Assembly: GCA_007050995.1 (NCBI GenBank)
Contig: VJOU01000001.1
Coordinates: forward strand, 134,391-158,390
Origin: Glycocaulis profundi
Lineage (GTDB): Bacteria; Pseudomonadota; Alphaproteobacteria; Caulobacterales; Maricaulaceae
DNA length: 24,000 nt
Reading direction: 5' to 3'
Numbering within the stretch: position 1 is the first letter of the stretch; every line of letters starts with the position of its first letter. The position numbers and the translations under genes are program-made. Positions 8,713 through 18,500 of the stretch are shown here, piece by piece. Below the pieces are notes generated by a model that was given only the letters and a program-made list of their open reading frames with translations, was not told where the DNA came from and did not search any database.

Positions 8713-9719
8713 GCTTCGGGCCCGCGCACGAGCCAGTGGGTGGAGAAGGCGCGCGCCTCGTCCGTCCAGTGCGCGCGGGGGACGAGACCGGCCCTGCGGG
8801 CCAGGTCCTGGAAGGTGTCCACCGTGAACTTGTGGGAGTTCTCGGTGTGGATGGTCTCCTCGGCGCGGATGTTGAACCGGCGGCCCGAGACGGTGAAGTC
8901 CATGTCGCGCACGGCCTGCAGATACATCTCCACCCGCGAGCGGTACGGGTTCCAGTGGGCGACGTATTCAAAGCCCTCAGGATCGAGATCGCCGCCCAGT
9001 TCGCGGTTGATGCGCGTCAGCAGGTTGAAATTGAAGTCCGCGGTGGCGCGGCCTGCGTCGTCATAGGCCGCCTCCAGCACCTCGCCGGACTTCCTCAGGT
9101 CCGCGCCGATCAGCAGCGCGTCGTTCTCGCGCAGCCAGCCGCGCAGGGTCTTGAGCAGCGCCAGCGCGTCGATCAGTTCGAAATTGCCGATGGTCGAGCC
9201 GGGGAAGAACACGATCCGGCAGCCCTCCGACAGGGCGGGCGGCAGGGGCAGGGCGTCCAGATCGATGGGCCGGGTGAAGTCATGGCACACCGCGCCGACG
9301 GTCAGATCGGGATGGTCGGCGGCCAGCGCCTCGCACGCGGCGCGCACGTGCTCGCCGGAAATGTCCATGCCGGCATAGCCCGCAGGCGCGTCCAGCGCGT
9401 CGATCAGCTTGCGGATCTTCACGCTCGATCCCGCGCCGGGCTCCATCACGACCGCGCCGGGGCCGGCCATCTTCGCCAGCTCGGGGCCGATCCGGTCGAG
9501 CAGGGCCAGCTCGGTGCGGGTGATGTAATACTCGTCCGCCTCGGTGATGCGGTCGAAGATCGCCGAGCCTTCCGCGTCATAGAAATATTTCGGCGCGATC
9601 GCCTTCTGAGGCTTGGTCAGCCCCTCCAGCACGTCGGCGCGGAAGTCCGAGGTCGAGGGGTGCAGGTCCTCGAAGAAGGCGAGCCGGGAGGCTGCTGCGG
9701 CGGGGGCGGCGTCAGGCAT
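8709..9719 (-). CDS. egtD: EgtD-family SAM-dependent N-alpha-methyltransferase (L-histidine N-alpha-methyltransferase-like)
   Basis: 336 aa, collinear with mycobacterial EgtD as I recall it. Matching blocks are PKYFYDAEGSAIFDRITEADEYYITRTE, EPGAGSSVKIRKLI, FFPGSTIGNF, AYDDAGRATADFNFNLL, TENSHKF and HWTDEARAF. No egtB-like gene lies anywhere in the window. Confidence 0.82.
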   Translation of the reverse strand: MPDAAPAAAASRLAFFEDLHPSTSDFRADVLEGLTKPQKAIAPKYFYDAEGSAIFDRITEADEYYITRTELALLDRIGPELAKMAGPGAVVMEPGAGSSVKIRKLIDALDAPAGYAGMDISGEHVRAACEALAADHPDLTVGAVCHDFTRPIDLDALPLPPALSEGCRIVFFPGSTIGNFELIDALALLKTLRGWLRENDALLIGADLRKSGEVLEAAYDDAGRATADFNFNLLTRINRELGGDLDPEGFEYVAHWNPYRSRVEMYLQAVRDMDFTVSGRRFNIRAEETIHTENSHKFTVDTFQDLARRAGLVPRAHWTDEARAFSTHWLVRGPEA

Positions 9720-9740
9720 GGCGGGCGTGTCCGGGCGGCT

Positions 9741-11470
<1,730 letters not shown>

Positions 11471-11500
11471 TCAGGGCGCACAATGCAGCCCGTGCGCAGG

Positions 11501-11539
11501 CAACACAAAACGCCGCGCCCCGGCAGGGGGCGCGGCGTT
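11501..11539 (-). terminator. Rho-independent terminator downstream of rpsU
   Basis: A perfect 13-bp stem, AACGCCGCGCCCC at 11509-11521 paired with GGGGCGCGGCGTT at 11527-11539, with a 5-nt loop. On the minus strand the stem is followed by TTTTGTGTTG. Confidence 0.78.
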
Positions 11540-11573
11540 CCGCGTAGTCTCAAGCGACCTGAGTGCGGACGGC

Positions 11574-11864
11574 CTAGCGGCGGCCGCCGGCGGCGCGGCG
11601 AGGCAGGAGGCCTTCGCGCTGAGCACGCTTGCGGGCGAGCTTGCGCGCGCGGCGGATCGCCTCCGCCTTCTGGCGAGCGCGCTTCTCGGAGGGCTTTTCG
11701 TAGTGGTTGCGGCGCTTCATCTCGCGGAAGGTGCCCTCCCGCTGCATCTTCTTTTTCAACGCCTTGAGCGCTTGCTCGACGTTGTTATCGCGCACGACGA
11801 TCTGAACGATGGCTCTCTCTCCCTGGGTCTTGGCTGTGACGGGGTCTGCCCCATCATAACACAT
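11574..11864 (-). CDS. rpsU: 30S ribosomal protein S21 (start codon uncertain)
   Basis: [60 protein letters not shown] is unmistakably S21. The coordinates use the nearest upstream in-frame ATG (11862-11864), which adds about 19 non-conserved residues. Alternatives are ATC at 11808-11810, which has a well-spaced GGGAG Shine-Dalgarno, GTG at 11793-11795, and ATG at 11904-11906. Confidence 0.88.
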   Translation of the reverse strand: MCYDGADPVTAKTQGERAIVQIVVRDNNVEQALKALKKKMQREGTFREMKRRNHYEKPSEKRARQKAEAIRRARKLARKRAQREGLLPRRAAGGRR

Positions 11865-12050
11865 GACGGGCGCGGAAGAGCCTTGGGCGTCCCTTCGCGT
11901 CCGCACTGATCGCTAATCGAGGCGCGGGCTTTACCAGACGGGCGCGGGGCTGTCCATATGCGAGAGTCCGTGGTCTCGCGCCTGCGATATCGCGCCGCGG
12001 CGGCCCGCGGGGCGGTGACGGCGCGGCGGTGGGCGACTATATCTCAGGCC

Positions 12051-12713
12051 ATGACCGAGACCCGCACCCCCCGCGCCGAGGCCGCCCGCGCCGCCCTGCT
12101 GGACGCCATCCTGCCCGAAGCCGCCTTCGAGGGCTGGAACGCCAAGACCCTGACGGCCGCCGCCCGCGCCGCGGGGCTGAGCGAGGGCGAGGTGGAGCTT
12201 TACTGCCCCGGCGGGGTTCTGGACCTGATCGGGGCCTGGTCGCGGGCCTGCGACGCTGAGGCGGAGACCGCCATCAAGGCCGCGCCGGCCAACCGTATCC
12301 GTGATCGCATCGCCAACGCCGTGATGATCCGGCTCGCCACCATGGACGGCCACGAGGAAGCCGCCGAGCGCGCCCGCGCGCGCCTGCTGCTGCCCGACGC
12401 TGCGGACCGGTCCCCCGGCATGGTCTGGGCCACCGCGGACATGATCTGGCGCGCCATCGGTGACACCTCCACGGACGGGAATTTCTATTCCAAGCGGATG
12501 ATTCTCTCCGGGGTGTATCTGTCCACCCTGACGGTGTGGCTGAACGAATCCGACCCTGAAAAGCCGAAGACCCGCGCCTTCCTGGACCGCCGCATCGAGA
12601 ACGTGATGGCCTTCGAGAAGGCCAAGGGCCGGTGGCGCAAATTCCAGTCGGGTCTGCCCGATCTGGTGGGCATGGCCGCCAAGCTGCGCCACGGGCCGGG
12701 ACGGCGGGCCTAG
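12051..12713 (+). CDS. COQ9-family protein (the alphaproteobacterial 'rpsU-divergently transcribed protein' family)
   Basis: 220 aa from ATG 12051. The track ORF starts at 11958 with an Arg/Ala-rich extension that I discount. LLDAILPEAAFEGWNAKTL..., IRDRIANAVMIRL and GNFYSKRMILSGVYLSTLTVWLNE resemble the COQ9 TetR-like fold and lipid-binding domain. The divergent position from rpsU fits the named family. Confidence 0.78.
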   Translation: MTETRTPRAEAARAALLDAILPEAAFEGWNAKTLTAAARAAGLSEGEVELYCPGGVLDLIGAWSRACDAEAETAIKAAPANRIRDRIANAVMIRLATMDGHEEAAERARARLLLPDAADRSPGMVWATADMIWRAIGDTSTDGNFYSKRMILSGVYLSTLTVWLNESDPEKPKTRAFLDRRIENVMAFEKAKGRWRKFQSGLPDLVGMAAKLRHGPGRRA

Positions 12714-13480
12714 CCCTTCTTCTTGCCCCCGTCGGGCACGTATTTGTTCACCTTCTCGCGCACCACCACCGCGCCGTCGATGACGACGGTGACCTCGCCC
12801 TTGGGCGGGTCGGCGTACAGGGCGGCCAGTTCGGTCAGGGTCCCGCGATGGACCCGTTCGAAGGTCTTGGTCAGCTCGAAGGCGCAGGCGGCCTGGCGCT
12901 CGCCCAGAACGTCCGCGGCGTCGGCCAGGGTCTCGGCCAGCCGCTGGGGGCTTTCCATCAGGATCAGGCTGCCCGTCTCCTGCGCCACCGCTTCGAACCA
13001 TCTGCGGCGCTTGCCGGACTTGCGCGGGGCGAAGCCCATGAAGACAAACCGGTCGGTGGGCAGGCCCGACAGGGCCAGCGCGGTCAGCACTGATGACGGA
13101 CCCGGCACGGCGCTGACGGGGAGCCCTGCGTCCAGCACCGCGCGCACGACCCGGTAGCCGGGGTCTGAGACCGCGGGCGTGCCCGCGTCGGAGACCAGCG
13201 CCACGCTCTGCCCGTCCGCGATCAGCTTGACGATCCCCGCCGCGGAGGCGGTCTCGTTATGGTCGTGGCAGGCGAACAGGCGTTTGGACTCGATCCCCAG
13301 CAGATCCAGCAGCCTGCGCGTGACGCGGGTGTCCTCGCAGGCGATGGCGTCCGCCTCGCGCAGGATGCGTTCGGCCCGGCGGGAAATGTCCTCGAGATTG
13401 CCGATGGGCGTGGCCACCAGCCACAGGCGCGGAGCGGCGGGGTCGAGATCGGCGGCGGAAAGATTGGACGATGCGGTCAT
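12710..13480 (-). CDS. rsmI: 16S rRNA (cytidine1402-2'-O)-methyltransferase RsmI
   Basis: 256 aa. LWLVATPIGNLEDISRRAERILREADAIACEDTRVTRRLLDLLGI and the later DAGTPAVSDPGYRVV are RsmI (tetrapyrrole-methylase fold) signatures. The C-terminal tail after GEVTVVIDG is short. Confidence 0.9.
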   Translation of the reverse strand: MTASSNLSAADLDPAAPRLWLVATPIGNLEDISRRAERILREADAIACEDTRVTRRLLDLLGIESKRLFACHDHNETASAAGIVKLIADGQSVALVSDAGTPAVSDPGYRVVRAVLDAGLPVSAVPGPSSVLTALALSGLPTDRFVFMGFAPRKSGKRRRWFEAVAQETGSLILMESPQRLAETLADAADVLGERQAACAFELTKTFERVHRGTLTELAALYADPPKGEVTVVIDGAVVVREKVNKYVPDGGKKKG

Positions 13481-13520
13481 GGCGGGTGTTGTAGCCCCTC
13501 GCGGCCCCGGCGCCAGCCCG

Positions 13521-15572
13521 TCACCCCGACGGCGTGCGCACCCGAACCCGCGTCCGCGCCGCGCGGCCCTGTCCGTCCACCACGGTGAGGGTGTGAAAGC
13601 CCGGCCCGTCGGGGGTCCACAGGGGCTGGCCCGCGGCGTCGGTGGGCAGGCGCGCGCCCGCCTCGTACCAGGCCAGGCGGCCCGTGCCGCGGGCGGCGAG
13701 GACGAAGGCGTGGCGCGGATCGTCGCTCCACACCTCCGCGCCGTCTGGCGGAAACAGGATTTCGGGCGGCGGCGCGGCGGCGCCCACCCGGCTCATCGCG
13801 CCGTCCGGGCCTGAGGCGATCACCGGATAGGGCCGGGCGCGGCGGGAGAAGGCGGGATCGGTGGCCGCGATCGCGTCGAACACGTCATACAGCGCGGGCA
13901 GGGCGGCCTCCCGTCCCGTCACGCCGGGCCGGGGCGCGCCGTCGGGCCGCCCGGTCCAGACCACCGCGACATAGCCGTTCGCCACCCCCGCCGCCCAGGC
14001 GTCGCGGAAGCCGTAGGAGGTGCCGGTCTTGTAGGCGATGTCCGGCGCGGCCTCGGTCAGGCGCGCGGGCATCCGGCCCGGCGGGGCGGGGGAACGGCGC
14101 AATATGTCCAGAACGTCCCCCGCCGCGCCCGCCGAGACCAGCGCGTGTCCCGGCCCGCGCGTGTTGGCGGCGGCCTCGTCCTCGGTGAAGGCCAGCGGGC
14201 GGGCGCGTCCCTCGTCGCCCAGCGCGGCGAACAGGGCGGCGATCTCGCGCGCCGTTACCCCCATCCCGCCCAGCGCCAGCGCCAGACCCGCCTCGCCGTC
14301 GGCCCGGGCCGGCGCGCGCGGATGGCTGCCCGCGAAGCGCAGGGCGGCCTCGAACCGGTTCGCGCCGACCGCATCGAGCAGGCGCACGGCGGGCACGTTC
14401 AGCGAGTGCTGCAGCGCCTCGGCCACGGTGACCTGACCGCGGAACATGCGGTCGAAATTCTCCGGGCGGTAGCCCGCGAACTGGCTGGGCAGGTCGTCGA
14501 TGCGGGTGGTCCCGGTCGCGATCCCGTCCTCGAAGGCCAGCGCGTAGATCAGGGGTTTGAGCGTGGAGCCCGGCGAGCGGGGCCGATCGGTCAGGTCCAG
14601 CCAGCCGCCCGGCCTGTCCCGCCCCGCCGACCCGGCCAGCGCGCGCACGGCCCGGCCCTCGATCTCCACCACGATGACGCTGGCCTGCACGTCCGGCCCG
14701 GCCCGGCGGGCGAGGTCCTCGGCCAGCGCTTCGGCGCGCGCCTGCAGCCGGGCGTCGAGGCTGGAGACGATCTCCGGGCCGTCAGCGCGACGGCGCACAT
14801 GCTCGGCGGCGTGCCAGGCGTGGGCGGGGAAGGCGTTGCGAGATGGCGCGGGCTCGGCGGCGGCCTCGGCGGCGCGCTCGGGACTGATCAGGCCTTCGGC
14901 GCTCATGCGGGCCAGAATCCGCGCGCGGGCGGCGGTGGCGTTCTCCGGGCGCAGATCGGGCCGCCGGGATTCGGGCGCCTGGGGCAGGGCGATCAGCAGG
15001 GCGATCTCGTCGGGCGTCAGACTGGCCGGGTCGTGGCCGAACCAGGCCAGCGAGGCGGACCGCACGCCTTCCAGATTGCCGCCATAGGGGGTTAGGGTGA
15101 GGTAAAGCTCGAGGATATCGTCCTTGCTCAGCCGCGCCTCGAGCTGGACCGCGCGCAGGGCCTCGATGAGCTTCGAGCCCAGATGCCGCGGCCGGGGTTC
15201 GAGCAGGCGGGCGGTCTGCATGGTGATGGTCGAGGCGCCCGACGTGATCCGGCCCGTCCGCGCGAAATCAAACCCCGCCCGGAACACCGCCAGAGGATCG
15301 ACCCCGTGATGGCTGAAAAACCGCCGGTCTTCGACCGCGATCAACGCCTCGATGAAGGCGGGGTCGAGGCGGCTGGCGTCCGCGGCCAGCCGCCAGCGTC
15401 CGTCCTCGACCGGGAAGGCGCGCAGGGGCCGTCCCGCACGGTCGGCGACCACCACCGACACCGCCTCGCCCCTGTGCAGCGGCGGGGGCAGGGCGCGGTC
15501 GAGCGCCACGATCCCCCCGACCGCGAGGACCAGGCCCGCCAGCGCGGGCAGGAGGGGGCGGGCGCGGATCAC
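13521..15572 (-). CDS. pbpC: Penicillin-binding protein 1C (bifunctional GT51 transglycosylase / transpeptidase-like)
   Basis: 683 aa. N-terminal anchor. GT51 motifs EDRRFFSHHGVD and GASTITMQ. Transpeptidase motifs STLKP (SxxK), SLN and KTGTS. C-terminal PBP1C-type beta domain. The GTG start overlaps the alpha-2-macroglobulin stop (GTGA). Confidence 0.92.
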   Translation of the reverse strand: MIRARPLLPALAGLVLAVGGIVALDRALPPPLHRGEAVSVVVADRAGRPLRAFPVEDGRWRLAADASRLDPAFIEALIAVEDRRFFSHHGVDPLAVFRAGFDFARTGRITSGASTITMQTARLLEPRPRHLGSKLIEALRAVQLEARLSKDDILELYLTLTPYGGNLEGVRSASLAWFGHDPASLTPDEIALLIALPQAPESRRPDLRPENATAARARILARMSAEGLISPERAAEAAAEPAPSRNAFPAHAWHAAEHVRRRADGPEIVSSLDARLQARAEALAEDLARRAGPDVQASVIVVEIEGRAVRALAGSAGRDRPGGWLDLTDRPRSPGSTLKPLIYALAFEDGIATGTTRIDDLPSQFAGYRPENFDRMFRGQVTVAEALQHSLNVPAVRLLDAVGANRFEAALRFAGSHPRAPARADGEAGLALALGGMGVTAREIAALFAALGDEGRARPLAFTEDEAAANTRGPGHALVSAGAAGDVLDILRRSPAPPGRMPARLTEAAPDIAYKTGTSYGFRDAWAAGVANGYVAVVWTGRPDGAPRPGVTGREAALPALYDVFDAIAATDPAFSRRARPYPVIASGPDGAMSRVGAAAPPPEILFPPDGAEVWSDDPRHAFVLAARGTGRLAWYEAGARLPTDAAGQPLWTPDGPGFHTLTVVDGQGRAARTRVRVRTPSG

Positions 15573-18500
15573 GGCCGGATCGTCACCGTCCCGGCCTCGG
15601 ACCGGGCGAAGACGTCGGGCCGGTACATGTCCTCGGCATGGGCGCCGGGCAGGGTGAAGCGGCCCGGCGTGACCGCGCGCACCATGTAGGCCACCCGCCG
15701 CGGCTGGCGGCCCTCGATGTCGATGGCGGCCACGAAGCGGTCGTCGCGCGCCTCGGCTATGCGCGGCGCGGCGAGTTCGCCCAGCCAGCGATACGGTCCC
15801 TGAGGCCCGCCCTCCTCGGCCCGCAGCACGCCCTCGATCTCGAAGCCCGCGGGCAGCAGGTCCTCGATGATCAGCGGCGCGCGCCGGGTCTGGGGCGAGG
15901 TGACGGTCAGGGCGATGATGAACTGGTCGCCCCGGGCGGCCTGTTCGAGGTCCAGCCGCTCGCCGCCGCGGGTGAACACCGCCTTCTCCACCGACAGATT
16001 CTCCTCGGCGGGCGGCGGGGCCTCGCCGGGCGCGCCCAGCGCATAGGCGGTCAGCCAGACCGGGCTGTCGCCGGTGTTGGCGATCTCGCCCGCTCCATCG
16101 ATGTCGTCCAGCGTGAAGCTGAACACGCTGTCGTCGGTCACCGCGCCGTCATAGCTCAGCGCCAGACGCCCGCTCTCGCCCGCCAGCGCGCGGGCGGCGA
16201 GCAGCAGGAAGGCCTGCTCCTGGGTGGTCAGGCGTTCGGGCTCGGGCAGGTCCTCGCCCACGCGCTGGTAAAGCGCCTGCACCCGGTCGGTCATGTTCGC
16301 CTCGGCGGCCAGCGCCAGCACACCGGCCAGATCGCGCCGCGGGGTCTGATACCAGTCGCCCGGATTGCTCCAGCCCAGCGCCTGCACCGCCGCGTCGAAC
16401 GCGCCCGCCGCCCGCGCCCGGTCGCCGATGGCCGCCAGCGCGGCGCCCACATGGGCGCGGGCCAGCGGGCTTTCGATGTCGCCCAGCATCTCGTCATGCA
16501 TGTAGCGAAGGCGCGAGCGGTCCGCCCGGCCCGCCCGGGCCAGCACATAGGCCGCATAGGCCGCGCTGCGGTGGTTCAGGCGCTGCTCGGTGTCCGTGCT
16601 CCAGCGCGGATCGGGCGTGTTCGTGTCATAGCCCCAGGCGCGCCACAGCTCGCCGCGCGCCACCGGCTGCAGCACGGCCAGCGCCCGCTCCAGCGCGGCC
16701 TCGGGAACCGCGTGGCCCGCCTCGCGCGCGCGCAGCAGGAAGTCGGTGGCGTAAGCGCCCAGCCACGGGTCCGCGCCCTGATCGCCGATCCGCCACAGCC
16801 CGATGGCCCCGTCCTCGCTCTGACGGGCCAGAAGGGTTTCGATGGTCTTCCGGATCTCGGCATCCGCCCGCGCGGGCGCGTGCGTGCCTTCGAGGCCGGA
16901 AAGCTGGTCCGCGTAGAGCAGGGGCATGACCCGGCTGACGATCTGCTCGGTGCAGCCGTAAGGATACTGCGCCAGCGCCTTGTAGAGCGCGGCGGTGTCG
17001 ATGGGCGTGGCCGCCACGCTGACCTGCAGGGTTTCCGAACCGGGCACGTAGCCGGCCAGCAGGGACGGATCGGGCCGCCAGCTCTCGCCGGGCTCGACCA
17101 GCGCCCGCTCGATGCGGGCCGCGGGCAGGAAGGCGCTGCGCACCTCGATGGGATAGCTGCGCTCCACGGTGAATTCGCCGGGGCCGGAGACCGCCAGCCT
17201 GAACTGTCCGATCCCCGTCTCGCCCGCGCTCAGCGCCACCGAGCGGTCCGCCCGCTCGCCCTGGTCCAGCGCCACCTCGAAGCCGGGCCGGGACAGCTCC
17301 AGCGGCCCGGTGGCGGACACGTCCACGCTGTAGGTTCCCGGCTCGCCGTCGATATTGTCCAGCGTGGCGGTCGCCTGCGCGGTGTCGCCGGGGCTGAGGA
17401 AGCGCGGCAGGATCAGCTCGGCGGGCACGTCGTCGCGCACGGTCAGGGGGCGGTCCGCCGCGCCCATCCCGGTGCGCGACCAGGCCACCGCCATCAGCCT
17501 CAGCTCGCCGTTGAAATCGGGTATCTCCAGCGGGACGCGCGCGCGGCCCTGCCCGTCGAACTCCACCGGCCCCTGGAACAGGGCCACCGTGCGGGTGGGC
17601 ACCACCGACAGGCCCGCCCCGCCGATCTGGTCGCCGCCCGAGCGCACTTCGGCGGCCGGTCCCTGATTGGGGTCCAGCAGGCGGCCATAGTCGTCCAGCA
17701 GGTCCACCCCCAGCGCGATGCGCCCGAAGAACCATGAGGCCGGGTCGGGCGACTGGAAGCCGGTGAGCTGGAGGATGCCCTCGTCCACCGCGGCCAGCGT
17801 CAGGAAGGCGCCCTCGCGGACCGGCCCGCTGTCGGCGGTCACGGTGACGTCCAGGGTCTGGTCGGGCTCGATCCGGTCGGGCGCGTCCAGCGACAGGCCG
17901 AAGGTGCGGCTCTCCACGTTCACGGGGATGTGGATCACCCCCACCGCCCGGCGGGGCCGGGGCTGGTCGACCGCGTCGCGCGGGGTGTAGACCGACACCA
18001 TCACATACGCGCCCGCGCCCCAGGCCTCGGTGGCCTGCAGCGTCACCCGCGCGCCGCCTTCGGGCACGGAGATGGAGCGGGTCTCGATCACCCGGTCGGT
18101 GGCGATCACCACCTCCGCCCGGCCCGCATAGGGCGCGAGCACGGTGACCTCGGCCCGCTCGCCCAGACGGGGCGGATTGGCGGGGCCGGACAGGCGCACC
18201 CGGTCGGGCGCCTCCACCCCGGCTTCGGGCTGCGCGCCATAGCCGACCCAGAAGCCGCGGCTCGCCACGTCCTGTCCGTCCACGGACAGGATCAGGGTGT
18301 AGTCGCCCCAGTCCAGGCTGCGGGTCTCGATGGCCGCGCCGTCCGCGCCGATCTCGATCCGCCCCTGCTCGACGGGCACCACCCGGCGCGCGCGCCGCCA
18401 GCGCCATTCGCCGTTTTCCGCCCGATACCAGTCATAGGTCCAGTCGCTGCGGATCAGCCGCCAGTCGGCCGCCGTGTCCGCCGCCTCGCCCATCGCGTCC

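Noticed and set aside
11931-13001. 356-aa minus-strand ORF
   Set aside because: It is antisense to the COQ9-like gene and out of frame with rsmI. The product is a Gly/Arg/Pro-rich shadow ORF.
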